From NCBI GenBank assembly GCA_013239625.1, contig MU053379.1:2090866-2154865 (forward strand): 64,000 bases of DNA. The letters are read 5' to 3'. Positions 1 to 12,790 of the stretch are shown here, one piece after another. Within the stretch, counting starts at the first letter, position 1, and each line of letters begins with the position of its first letter. The notes beneath the pieces were generated by a model. It saw only the letters and a program-made list of their open reading frames with translations. It was not told the DNA's origin and did no database searches. The position numbers were made by a program, and so were the translations under genes. This DNA comes from Lama guanicoe. Lineage: Eukaryota.

Positions 1-1449
1 AAGAGCCAGGCGCACATCTGAGACCCACACGGCAAAACTCTGATAGTTTGGTGGAATTATACTCACGAGCCCGAGGTTCCAGAGAAGCATCCTTCCCTCC
101 CTGCCGCATCCAAGGGCCTGGCCCTGTGCCACGCGGGACAGACACACAGGAAGCAGGCGGCTGTGAATGAAGCAAACTGCCGCCAGTAACTTGAACTCGG
201 ACCTCAGACTAGCTTCCCTGTGGGAGACAAAATGAGGAACAGGCAAGGGAGCGGAAGCGGGGAGGGAGGGAAGGGGGCTCCCTCCTCGTACCAGTTCCAA
301 GGATGAAGGAGGAACAAGGTTTGGTGGGTGTATTCATGAGACCCAGGGGGAGAGAGACCACGTGGGATTCAAAAGCCACGGCTCGTCTGTTAGGCTTCGA
401 GTGCTTACAGGGCTCAGAGCGGTGACGTGACGGAGGGCGGGAAGTGCACGGGGGGACATGAGACGTGGCTCGTTCGTGCAGGATGCTTATCACGCAGGTG
501 GGGAGACAACACATTGTGTAAAGTCAGTAAACCCCCAGGAGCAGGTAGGAGTTAGTGAGCAGCTCAGACAGGAAGCGGGACCAATGCAACCCCGGAAGGA
601 AGGACCCCCGGCATCCGTGCGGGTAGCAGGCAGGTCTGAACAGGCAGCTCCTGCCCTCAGAGATGCTGGCCCTGCCGTCAGCCAGCCTCGCATCCACCCT
701 TGTTCAGAGTGGGCTCCCCTCTGCACAGATTTTTTTAATTAAGACCAGATAAAAGGCCTTCTTTTTTCTGACTCTTGCTTCCACGTGGAGTTGAAAGGAA
801 CCCAACATCTCGGTCAGCCGCACTCCGGTTCCATCCTGGGAAAGGAGTGAGGCCATTGCCGGGTCCCTGAGAGGCAGGATTGGAGGTGCAGAGTCTGGGT
901 CCCACTGCTTGGCCACCTCCCCCCAACCTCCAGTGTACCCCGAGGCCACCTGCACCCCCTGGAGCACACCCTGCAGCTGGTGTTCTCGGAGCCAGAACAA
1001 GATGCAGCTTGGGGGCTTGTACCGTTTCAGGCTCCAGAAAGAGACAAAGAACTGTTTAAGTTCCGTTTTCCCTTTTATTGATACATTGTGGACGCCCCAC
1101 AGGCATTAAGCTGAGCAAGAGCCTGGTGCAGAGACCTCGATGCTGTATGATTCGTTATGCGAAATTTCTGGAGAAGTCAAACCAAAGAAAGAGGATCAAT
1201 CGTCAACAGGGAACATGCCTCCAGGCAGATGCCTCTCACTCTGAATCTCTTTCACCAGGAAAAGCTCCCCTGTCTTGGTGAGACCCACCAAGAACAGTCT
1301 CGCTATCTGAAAGCCACCTGCTTGGAGCCCTTAATTATACTTGCAAATTCTGTTCTCAGCAGCAACTGTAGTAGTGTTTGAGTAACTCCCATCAGCGGCC
1401 ACCAGAGTTCTGTCTGCCACAGACCCCTGAATGCATCATGGCACAGACA

Positions 1450-1780
1450 GAACCAAAGATGTTTCTCCTCACACGACATTCAGAGGTAGGTCAGGTCATT
1501 GCAGGTCAGGACAGTGGGGTTGGTCCAGTTTCACAGTCAGTCAAGGGCATGACCTCTTGGGGACTTTGCCATCTTTACATATGGCTTCCAAGACCTTCCT
1601 GAGCATGACAACAGCCAGCAGGAGGAAAGGACTTTATGGAGCAGGCCTGATGAGTGGGGCGCATCACTTCTGCTTGCTGACACTTGATCAGCTGGAGCTC
1701 AGTCACACGATGGCAGCTAACCACAAAAGATGCTGAGATGCACTGTCTTTAGCTGGGTCCCACTTCCCGGTGGCATCTTT
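1450..1780 (-). mobile_element. Old MaLR (MLT1-type) LTR fragment
   Basis: Motifs gcatcacttctgct...ctcagtcacacgatggc...gtctttagctg resemble reverse MLT1J/K. Confidence 0.45.
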
Positions 1781-3043
1781 ACAGCCTGGTTAGGAGAACA
1801 CCGGCTTTTGGTGGATGGCTAGACATTCCTCTGCCACAGTTGAGTTTTAGGGAAACAGTACAGAAGGAATCCATCCAAATGAGGGACACTGTCCTCAGGA
1901 TTTCAAGTGGGCATAACAGAACCAGTATCTCAGTTCTGACCAAAAGACAGACACTATTTTGAAAAACATCGACGTGGACATTACTCATAACTTCATGTCA
2001 CTGTGTCTGCTAGATTTCACCTCAGAAGCCTCTGACAGTTTGAAAAGTCACATCCACTCCCAAAGGATGAGAAGTGGGATGAGTCGGATGACTTTCTGAA
2101 GGCGACACAAGATGTCAAGCTCTAAGTTCCAAATAAGCTTTGAAAGATAGAAAACTTGAGAAAACCTGCATCGCCTCCTGCCATTGATGTGGCATCTGTT
2201 AGGAAATAAAAAAATCTAGACATTTTCTTTAAAAAAATCTTATGTTTGACTCATGCCTGATCGTTTTCAGTTCGTATGAGGAAAAATTTTGTTTGGAGGA
2301 AATACAAATGAAGTCTCTGAACGGCCAAGACAGTGTTTACTGAATTTGCTCTGGTCAGATTTCTGAGTTACTTTCGCCGTAGTGTTCTAGATGGAACCCA
2401 GGAGTTACAGCAATTTCCTTCTCTTCCCCGACTCTTAACTTCGCTACTTTATGTTTTTTGGCGGGGTGGGACGGCTCTTTAGAAGGCAACAGATAAGATA
2501 AATTTTAAAGGAAAAACGTTTGTTCTCCTAATGTGCCACTTGAGAACCCCCGAACGATGCACGTGGTGTCATTGAGCCAGTTTTTGTTGTGGCCCGTGGG
2601 AAGCCACTTGCCACAAAGGAGCAAGGAAAAGGGAGACCCAGTGAGAGGCGGGGGCTGGCAGTAGTGTTTTAAAACTTCCCCTGTCTCATGCAATGAGGCA
2701 CATGAACAACTGGAAATTGAAAGAAGAATTCTACCTTCTTGACTTCCGTGTAACCACAAAGTCACAATTAGAGAAAATTGGGGTTTGGTGTGTGTTCGCA
2801 CGTGTGCATGTGGACAAGGAAAATGGAAAATGCATTTCTACCTTTTATTTTGAACTTAAAGACTAGCAGCATGATGTCAAAATGAAATTAGGGCATGGCA
2901 CAGGGGGTGGAGCCCCCAGACCCTTGTATCCACCCGCGTAGGATGGTAACTGCGAAGTCTGGTGGCGAGAGGCGGTGCCTTGAAAGTCAGGAGCAGTTAA
3001 GGAACTGGACTGCAAAGCTTAAAAAGAGGCGGTAATTAAGAGC

Positions 3044-3358
3044 AAACGAATTTATCTACAGAACAGAAACAGACTCACAGACATAGTAAACAATCTTTTG
3101 GTTACTAGGGGGAGAGGGGATGGGAAGGGATAAACTGGGAGTTTGAGATTTGCAGATGCTAACGACTGTATATAAGGGAGATAAACAACAAGTTTACACT
3201 GTACGGCACAAGGAACTATATTCAATGCCTTATAATAACCTGTAATGAAAAAGAACATGAAAACAAATATCTGTATGTGTGTGTGTGACTGAGACACGAT
3301 GCTGTCCACCAGAAACTGACACAACATTGTGAACTGACTAGACTTCAGTTTTTAAAAA
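3044..3358 (+). mobile_element. 5'-truncated L1 3' UTR (camelid/artiodactyl type)
   Basis: acagaaacagactcacagacatagtaaacaatc...gggataaactgggagtttgagatttgcag...acaacattgtgaactgactagacttca. Possible short TSD aagagca. Confidence 0.9.
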
Positions 3359-3766
3359 GAGCAGATGAGGGTGAAGGTGAGAGTGGTAGGCAGATTGGAC
3401 CCAAGTTGAGCAGGTGAGCGCCGGGAGGGGGCACGGGGACAGGAGGACAGGGGACATGATCAGGTGGGCTCGGCATCACTGGAGTTGTGCTCAGCTGCAG
3501 AGAATAGAAACCCCAACCAGTAGTGGCTTAAAGTCATAGGTGCCTGTTTTCTCAAGGGAAAGAATTCAGAGCCGTCAGATCGAGGGCCAGTGCCCTGCCT
3601 CTGCAGTGTCTTTAATGTGCCAAGCGCCCTCCACCTTTCTGGCTGGTAGAAATTCTCTTTGGTCCTCACAGTTTCAAGGGGCCTCCATTTAGGGACAATA
3701 TTGATGGAGCTGGGATGTTAGAGGATAAACTGGGAAGACGGGAGGAGGTCACCAGGGTGGAAGGCA

Positions 3767-3853
3767 TGAGATGGGGAGGGAGGGAGGTGTTGACGATGAC
3801 AAGGTCCACGTGAGACGGGGAGGGAGGGAGGTGTTGACGATGACAAGGTCTAC
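3767..3853. repeat. 44-bp direct tandem duplication (2 copies)
   Basis: tgagaYggggagggagggaggtgttgacgatgacaaggtcYac starts at 3767 and 3811. Confidence 0.95.
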
Positions 3854-6210
3854 AATGGTATGATTGCAGAGGTGAGTCTCTGCTTCAGGACAGAGGATTA
3901 GACGCTTGGAGGGGGAAGAATTGAAGAAACAGAGAGTCAGGGTGCTAAGAAGATTGTCCACGTGTAGAAGGAAAGCTCCAAAAAGTAAAATAGAAGTGCT
4001 ATTGTTATTTAATTAATTATCTCTCCCGCTCCCCCCTCCCACATCCGTACGACCTTCCGCTGCCTTCCCGGAGGCAGTGGGTAGATGGAGTGGCTACCAA
4101 GGCCATGAGTCTCTTGTTTTCCTTCCTGCTCGGCGTCCTCCCAGCCTCCCCTGGAGACACAGTGCCCTGTGCTGGAGGGACAGGCGACCTTTAGGCTGGG
4201 AACGCTCTGCTCCTTGGGCTCCTGGGGACGAAGGCTCTCCAACGGAAGGCCGTTCTCCTGCTGGTCACCCACCCAGGGGGACACCGCTCAGCTTTCCTCC
4301 TAACGAGTCCCAGAATCGCCTTCCAGAGGCCACTTCACTTCTTTCTTTCCTCCTTCCCTTCGCACCCCAGAGGACCCAACCGCCTGCCCTCGGCTGCCCG
4401 AGCCGCTCTGGGGGCTCGAAGTCCATCAAAATCTCTCAAAAGCCAAAACCTAAAAAAATAAAACAAAAACAAAAACAAAAACTCGAAAGATGATTCTGCT
4501 GACTGTGTCAGAAGCACCGCACTTCCCTACTGCGGGCTCTTTTATGCGCTTGGAAACTATTTTCAATGTAGTTACCTCTCACTTGAAAGACGGCAGTTTC
4601 CTTAGAAATTGATCTTCAGAAAAACTTCTTTTCTCTCTTTGAATTTCTCACTGTGGGTACATTCTGGGAATAATCCTCTCCCCATAAAATAAAAAATCGG
4701 GGCTCGGGCTTCAGCCAGGAATAGGAAGTTTCATCTAAGCCTCTCCCTTGGGCAGAGGACAGAGCGGATGGGAGCAGCCCGCCTCCCGCCTCCCCTCACC
4801 GCTGCCGGCAGCCCAGCTCTTGCTGGTGTCTGCAAAGCACCACTCCCGCCTCCCAGCTGGGGGAAGGTCCATCCAGCGCGGTCTACTGGTGTGGACTTCA
4901 TTCCAGCACCAGATTGCCCAGGTTCTCAGAGTGCGGCTGCTCCTCCCCACAGCCGTCTCCTGAGAAGTGTAGGAAGGCAGCAGATGCCTTTGCACCCTGG
5001 TCACCACAGGCAGAGAGAAGGCTGCTCCCCTGACCTGAGACATTTCTCTCCAGTGTGTTGTGCCCCAACAGGATTAATTCCTTCGCTGTTTACTGGCTGG
5101 ATCTCTGGGCTCCAGCAAAGGGGCCGGTATAATTTCATTATGAATTGGCGTCTCATTTCAGCTGAGTCCATTCGCTTTTGACCCAGAAGTTAGAAGCTCT
5201 TCTTTTCTTCTTTCTGCCCCTTCTAGAAATTCCCTGTTGGGATTTTCCCGGCCACCTCTGCTCTCCTTGGCCTGTAACTCTCACTGACGGAAAGGCTCCC
5301 TCCCCAGCTACCTTGGCTGTCAGTCTCCGACGGACCAGATTGGGTGGTAGCCTGCCCCTGTGCCATCTGGCATCATCGGACGGAAGAAGGGGGAAGTACT
5401 TACCAGGGTCCATAAATCCACACTCAGCAGGACTGTCATGTGCGTGTGGTGGGCAGGGGCCCGAGGGTGCAATTCTCAGAGCTTGCAGGGACCCCAGACT
5501 GGCTTGCCTCTTCCTCCCTCCCTCCCCTTCCTTCCTTCGTCTTTTCCTTTCTCTTAACATCTAGAGAGTTATTCTGCCAAATCACATGCCATTCACAGCA
5601 AACAGGCAACCGTACAGCTGTGTGTGTGCACCTGTGTGTGCGCACCTGCGTGTGATGCATGTAAGTGGTGGCTCGTATCGACAGGACACTTAAAAGCTGT
5701 GATGATGATGGATGTGAGAGGTGATATGCCGATTAGTTACTCTAAGGCAACTCACTGCATCCCAAGAAAGTAAGGTGACTTTCACGGTGAGAGGGATCCC
5801 CTCGGCTCAGAAACTGTGAGGCTCACGCGTCACAGGGGAGGAGGGCCTCCCTGCAGCACAGCTGTGTGAACGTCCAAAGGCTGGAGTCCAGATGGGAATA
5901 ATCCTTACTTTTTCCTCAGCCCCTCAGAATGCGTCTCTGACATTGTGGGCTCTCAGCAAATATTTAATAACAGACTGACTGACGGGGTGGGAAAAACCAA
6001 TGCTGATGAAACCGTTTATGCACAGTGACTCCGTTCATGTCAGCCAGCTGTGGCGTGGAAACCCCAAGCCTTTCAAACGGTCTTATGAAGATGAAGACAT
6101 CCTCCAAGACCAAGGGAGAGGGGGTCCACATCCACTGGCCGCGTCTGCCTTGGGATGTTTCCAGGATCACACACCACAGAGATATCTAAAATTGGGATAT
6201 GGAAAAGAGG

Positions 6211-6882
6211 GCAGCCACTATGGAGAACAGTATGGAGGTTCCTTAAAACATTAAAAATAGAGTCACCACATGATCCAGCAATCCCACTCCTGGGCATATA
6301 TCCAGAGACAACTCTAATTTGAAAAGACACCTGCACCCCAATGTTCACAGCAGCACTATTTACAACAGCCAAGGCATGGAAACAGCCTAAATGTCCATCA
6401 GGAGATGACTGGATAAAGAAGAAGTGGTATATTTATATAATGGAGTACTACTCAGCCATAAAAATGAAATAATGCCATTTGCAGCAATATGGATGGACTT
6501 ACAGATTATCATACTCAGTGAAGTAAGTCAGACAGAAAGACAAATATCGTATGATATCACTTATATGCAGTATCTAAAAAATACAAATGAACTTATTTAT
6601 AAAATGATAATAGACTCACAGACATAGAAGACAAACTTACAGTTACTGAACAGGAAAGGGTAGGAGGAATAAATTAGGAGTTTGGGTTTAGCAGATACAA
6701 ACTACTATATATAAAACAGATAAAAATAAGGACCTACTGTGTAGCACAGGGAACTGTATTCAGTATCTTGCAATAACCTATAATGGAAAAGAATCTGAAA
6801 AAGAATATATATATATATATGTGTAACTGAATCACTTTGCTGTACACCTGAAACATTTTAAATCAACTAAACTTCAATTAGG
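6211..6882 (+). mobile_element. Truncated L1: end of ORF2 plus 3' UTR
   Basis: gcagccactatggagaacagtatggaggttcc...gatccagcaatcccactcctgggcatatatcc. The ORF track peptide NEIMPFAAIWMDLQIIILSEVSQ is the L1 ORF2 C-terminus. Confidence 0.93.
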
Positions 6883-9800
6883 AAAAAGGGGGGCATTCAG
6901 AGAGCCAGACAAGCCAGTGCACCTTTGGGTGACATTGCAGGGAACTTATGCAGGTGGGCAGATGACCCGGAACAGCAGACAGTGCTGACCAGTAGGCAGA
7001 GTGTGGGAAAGGGTGGGAAATGATTCAAAACAAGCAGAAAGTGAATCTAAGGTGTTGAGCGCAAAGGAAGGGGAATGGGTCCGAAGGCAACAATGCGATT
7101 TAAGAAAAAATAACCCAGAGAAGGAAAAGGGGGCCTTCTCTGTGCGTGTCCCACATGGCCGCCACCAGCCACAGGTGTCTCAGGACCCCCGAAGGGCGGC
7201 GAGTCCCAACTGAGACGTGCTGCGAGCATGGAACACAGCAGGTCGCAGACCCCCGGTGTGGAAGAGGAGAGCGCAGGCTGTCACACTGACATGTTTGTAC
7301 TGATTGCATGTGATGTAATTATGCAATTATGCTATTATGTGGACATATTCAGGTTTTAAAAACATTACATTCATTTCACCTGTTTCTTTTTACTTTCTGG
7401 AACTAAACATGTTACTTCAAAAGTAGAAACGTGTGCACTGTGTGCAAGGCTCACGGTATCTTTCTCTTTGGTAGCCTTGCTCCAGGTGCACTTCCAGCAA
7501 CGCGTAGGGAGGGGGCGAGGAAGCGTGGAGAGAGGATGTCCCCGGCGCAGATGCCATGATGGGCTGAGGGTTAAAGTCCTGGCCGTAGGTCGGCGGGCAA
7601 CTTACACAAGCTCGTGAGCTGAGTGTCCTCGTGCATAACACGTGCTCGCTGAGGGTGTCTGCTTCGCGGAGTTGCTGTGAAACCTGAAGCGGAACCCGTG
7701 CCTTGCCCCTGTCCTTTCCCGCCCGCTTCCTTTCCCTCACCCAGAGTAGCACATCAGAGGGTCCAGAGGCGGCGGGGCGGAGCTGAGATGAAGGGGAGTG
7801 AGTGCTGAATGCGTCTCGACTTTCCGCATGTCCTGGCGTGCACTGGACTGGGCAGCGAAGAGGTGGGTGGAGAGACCAGCGGGGAAGCCAGACGGAAGAA
7901 GGGACTTTGCCCAGCACGCGAGGACAAAGCCATCGCCCGACGTGGGAGGAGCAGAGGGGGCAGCAGGGGAGGGGGCCTGAGAGTTGCGGGAGGGCCGGGA
8001 AGCGCGCGTGCAGTCTTGCTGACGGCTCCTCCCCGACGTGCTCGCGCTAAGCAGGCGCTCTGCCCTCGGCAGGGAGAGGGCTGTGATTTTCTGATTCTTT
8101 GCAGTTTTGGAAACCTGCGTGTGAGTTAGCCACGGCCTTGGCCGCCTGTAAGATTAATGTGTGCCCCAGACAGATGTGAGTATCCCTGAAAAAGACAGTA
8201 AAGCCTCCGCTTGCTGTTCAGCTCAGACCCTCAGGAGGAGGAGAGGACCCATGTACTTGCTACTTAGAAATAAGCCCTCTGCCCAGGAGACATCAACCGT
8301 CGTGTCCTGTGATCCTGGCGGGGCTCGGAGGCAGCAAAAGGGTATTATTGATGGATGAGAAACCCGACACCCAGCTCCCACCTGTCAGCTTCACAGGTCA
8401 GGAATGGCCAGTATGTCTTCTTCCATTAGTCTCAATGAGGAGGAAAGAAAGACAGGTGTATGGGTAACTTAGGACAGTAGATAATCACCAGTTACTCCAG
8501 TGGTATTCTGGAAACCAGTGGTCTGGGACGAGTTCAGGAGACCTGCTTGCATTGTCGTGGCGGCTGTGACTTTGTCCGTCCCTGCCAGGAACATCCAGGC
8601 CGTCTTCAGTGGGCCTCCACTTCTCATTTATAAAATGAAGATCATTAGCGCATGAAAGGACCTCCTCAAACCAGGTCTCTTATTTTATGGGGCAAAGATG
8701 GCCCCAGAAGTCATCCTGTAAGTGACTGGTGAGCTTTCAAGGACCCCCTCCTCCGTATGGCAAACACACCACCGACCACCCACCCGAGCCGAGGGCGTGC
8801 CGAACGCCCGCAGACACCCAGAAAGACACGCCATGGGGGTCAGAAGGGGGCTGTGGCCTATTGCCTTCTCTGTGCGCCTCGGGCATAAGGAAAACCCACA
8901 AATGCAGCTCCTTTCTCACTGGCAAAGTGTTCTCGTGGGAAAACTGGTCATGGTGTTAACAATCAGGTTGTCTTATTACATTGTCCTCTCCCCCGCCCCA
9001 TCACCCAAACTGGTGGGGGATTCCGAGTTAGCTGAATAATTCACCATCAAGTTAAGCCACTTAATAAGCGTGGGCTTTCTTCCGGCAAACCCGAAATAAT
9101 CATGTCTCACCGAGGAGGAGGCATTGGTTTTAGTTGGAGTGTAAAAAATGTTGCCGTGGGAGCCAGTGGGTTGAAAGAAAGAAAGGAAAAGAAGAGAAAA
9201 GACAGCTTCAGCTTGGCAGCTCAGATAACTCAGGTATGAGTCAGATGTTGGTGACCCCTGGTTGGGACCATCTTCCCCAAGACGCCCACGTGGCCAGGTT
9301 CACGTTGTCCTTCATCTGCGTAGCGTTTTCTCTCTTAACACGCAGACGGGCCCCCACGATCTCAAAGCCCAGAATTACAGAAAGGAAAGTCTAACTAGAA
9401 AATAACACCAGGCAACCATTAGATAGCTCGTCGGTGGCTAAGTAGTCCCCACACTTCTCAAAACCCATTTTTAAAAGTCTGTCCGTATTCCTGGTGGCCT
9501 AAGACGTAGAGCCGTCTCCACAGTCTGATGGCTCCTTGGGCCTCTGCCACGTGCTGCTGGCGAGATGCACGGGCCCCTGGGCTCATCCAGAGCCTCAGCC
9601 CCCTGGGCTCTGCAGGCAGCACGCTCTTCCCTGGCACTATCTCCTCCTGGGGCTGGGGTCCCTGATGAGCCCTAATTCTGCACGCTTGTGAATACAAACT
9701 GTGGTTCTTTTCACCCCACACATACTTTGCTCCTCTGGGATGGCAGGTAGAGACCATGCTGAGTATAGCTTCTGAGGTAGTTGATGTATCCAAGGGTTCC

Positions 9801-10281
9801 TTTTGCTCTTCCTCATTCTTCCTTCCTGGAACAAGGATGTGATTTCCGGAGGCTTGGCAGCCATCTTGCAGTCACATTCTAAAGAGAAAGGACCAAAACA
9901 GTAGAAGGAGCTGAATTTTCCAGGATGTCATTCAGTCCTACACCAGCCTGGACTATCTATCTCTAGACTTCATGTTATCTGAGACAAATAGTGCCTTTCT
10001 TTGTTCAAGGTCATATAATTAATTTTTCTATTGCTCGCCACTTCATGCGTTCTTTAGGGAGGAAGGTGGAAAAAGAATGGCCAAAAGTTGATGATTGTTG
10101 ATGGTACAGGGGGATTCTGAAATTTTTTTATAAGAAAAAGCTTGAAAGAACTAGCAACTTGACTTTTCTGGGGCTTTTATCAGCCAGATAAAGCGGACTT
10201 TTCCACCTCCAAACACTTGTGAGATCCTGTCTCTCAGTTACCAATATACTGATTCCTGCCCCTTCACCAGCCACGTCTGTC

Positions 10282-10476
10282 CAGCGGTGCTGAGGTGGCC
10301 CATCCTGGCTCCCAAGGGCCAGCTGTGCACATCTCTCCCCAACGTTGCCGTCATGGGAATAGCCTGGAATTGGCCGTGGTGGCAGTATTTACACCATGGA
10401 AGTTGGCAGATGCTCTGTATCAGGGCTTCCCACGCCCCAGCATGTCAGTTACTAACCATCCACTAGCTCATCACTG
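10282..10476 (+). mobile_element. MER63-like hAT DNA transposon (non-autonomous) with 8-bp TSD
   Basis: Termini cagcgg...cactg, internal gcagtatttacaccatggaagttggca. Flanked by cgtctgtc (10274-10281) and tgtctgtc (10477-10484). Confidence 0.8.
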
Positions 10477-10867
10477 TGTCTGTCCATTGGCATCACCACC
10501 TCAAACTCGGCATCCATCTCCAAAACCACCTGCCCACTTCCATTTTCTTAAAGGTGGGTTTCTTCTAAAAAAGTCAGACCTAAATTGAATGTTTCAAAAT
10601 ATTATCCGATTTTGAAAATTCTTAGCAATTCTTAGCAGTCACACATCTCCTCTTTTTGAATGAAGGCATAAGCAGAGTAAATATATGTGTATATGCATAT
10701 ATGTGTTTACATATGTCTACAGAACAGGAAAGACAGGTCATGCTTGGCTGAAGCACGACCTAAGGTGGGGACCGGGGGTGAGGGAGACGTGAGGACGGAC
10801 CTTCTCATGCTGACTGTGTCTTCATTTCAAGCCCCTTGAAGAAACATCAGACTTTCTGGGTCACATG

Positions 10868-12170
10868 TTTTTAAATCACCTTTACTGAGGTATAATTTGC
10901 ATACCAAAAAATCATCGTTTTTGAACTTTTTATTTTAAAATAATTTCAGACTTACAGAAAAAGCTGCAAAAAAAAAATAGCACAGGGAATTCCCATGCGC
11001 ATTCCCACTAGTTCCCTCTGATGGTGTCTTCTATGCCCACAGTACAGTTCTCAGAACTGGGACATTAGCATCGGTGTGATACTGGTAAGTCATCTACAGA
11101 AGTTACTCAACTTTCACCAATTTTCCTTTTCCTGGTCCAGGACCCCACAGTGCAGTTCTGTACGTCTCTTTAGTTGCTTCCAATCCGTGACAAACCCTTA
11201 GTCTTTCTTTGTTTTCCAGGGGACTCGTAACTTGGAAGAGTGTAGGCCAGTTTGGATTTGTGTCCTGTTTCTCGTGATTTGGTCGAGGTTATGCCTGTTC
11301 AGCTGAAATCCAGTGACCTTGTGCCCTTTTCAGGACGTCATCAGAGGATGTGATGTCATTACTGGTGATATTAACCTTCATCACTTAACTCAGAGACCCA
11401 CTCATGTAGCTGTGTGTGGTGTGTAACCAGGGAGTTCATTCCATTTCCGTTGCTGAGTAGAATTGCGTTGTACAGGTCTGTTCATCCAACCACGTCTGGG
11501 TTGTTTCCAGAAGCTGCTATGAACATTCACGCACAAGGCTTAGTGTCCACAGATGTTCCCACTTCTCTCGGGTGAATGCCTGGGAGTGGTATGTAAGTGT
11601 GTGTTCAATGTTGTAACGTTTTCCCGACGTGGATGTACCTTTTCGTATTCCCACCAGCAAGGTATGAGAGTTCCAGGTGCTCCACATTCTCCCCAGCACT
11701 CGGTGCTGTCGGTCTGCTTAACGTCAGCCATCCTAGTGAGCGTGTAGAGGCATCGCACTGTGGTTTTCATCTGTCAGTTATGTTTCCCTAGTGACTAATA
11801 ATATTGAGTAGCTTTCCGTGAGCTTATTTCTCTTTTGTTTATCTTCTTTGATTAAGTGTCTGCTCAGATATTTTGTGTATTTTTAATTGGGCTGTTTGGT
11901 TCCTTGTCTTTGAGTTGTGAGTGTCCTTTATGCATGCTGGATACGAGGACTTTGTAAGATGCATATTTCACCAGTCTGTGGCCTTTCTTTTCATGCTCTT
12001 AACAGTATCTTTGAAAAGCAAAGTTTGTCTTGTTTTGTTTTTTGTTTTGATGAGGTCCATTTTATCAATATTTTTCTTTCCTGATTTTTCTTAAAATGTC
12101 AGTGTTTTATCTAATAAATTTTGTGTAACCTAGGGTCACAAAGATTTCCTTCTATATTTTCCTCTGGACT
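10868..12170 (-). mobile_element. Nested old L1 (L1MB/MC/ME-type) fragments
   Basis: Reverse 3' ends (tttactgaggtataatttgcatac; aataatttcagacttacagaaaaagctgcaaaa) and reverse ORF2 (attcccaccagcaaggtatgagagttccaggtgctccacattctccccagcact). Confidence 0.85.
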
Positions 12171-12234
12171 GAGTTTCAAGTGGCAATAGCTCCTAGCATT
12201 TTTCTCTTTCAATTTATTTACTCCCTTAACTCTT

Positions 12235-12383
12235 TTTTTAAAATTTTGCGTAAGAGGTTTTTTTTTGAGGCGGGGGTAATTAGGCTTATTTATTTATTTA
12301 TTTTTGATGGAGGTGCTGGGGGTTGAACCCACGACCTCGTGCATGCTAAGCACGTGCTCTACCACTGAGCTGCACCTTCCCCC
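12235..12383 (-). mobile_element. Camelid tRNA-derived SINE (Vic-1-like) with 15-bp TSD
   Basis: Reverse strand reads gggggaaggtgcagctcagtggtagagcacgtgcttagcatgcacgaggtcgtgggttcaacccccagcacc (A and B boxes) plus an A-rich tail. TSD actcccttaactctt / acttccttaattctt. Confidence 0.9.
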
Positions 12384-12603
12384 ACTTCCTTAATTCTTAA
12401 TTTGGAAACAAATTCTCTTCCACCAGTTAAGTGCACTAAGGGTCATTAATTTGGCCAGTGAAGACAAGCTTGTGGTAATTGTGGCAAATCTGATTATTTT
12501 GTTCCACAAATGCTCACGAGCTGGATTCAGTAGGGCGCCTGCTACTTGCGCTCTGAGTCAGGGGTTCCCAGACCCAGCCCTGCGACAGGGACTAGGCAGG
12601 AGC

Positions 12604-12790
12604 CCGTGGTGTACTGTGAAGATTTAACTGGCTCTCCTGGGGGGGAAGCCCTTATTTGTAGCACTCGGTAATTTCCATGGTGTAAATACCTACACCATGA
12701 CCGATCTGAAGCGGCAACACATCAACAGACTGACAGCATTCCTGGAAGTCTCACAGCTAGCCCTTGTGAGCTGCAGCAGCCCTCCACCAG
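12604..12790 (-). mobile_element. Second MER63-like element, opposite orientation
   Basis: aatttccatggtgtaaatacctacaccatgaccgat is the reverse complement of the core of the 10282 element. Confidence 0.7.

Noticed and set aside
12235..12383. tRNA gene (also 21740-21813)
   Set aside because: The tRNA-like head is followed by an A-rich tail and flanked by TSDs, so it is a SINE.
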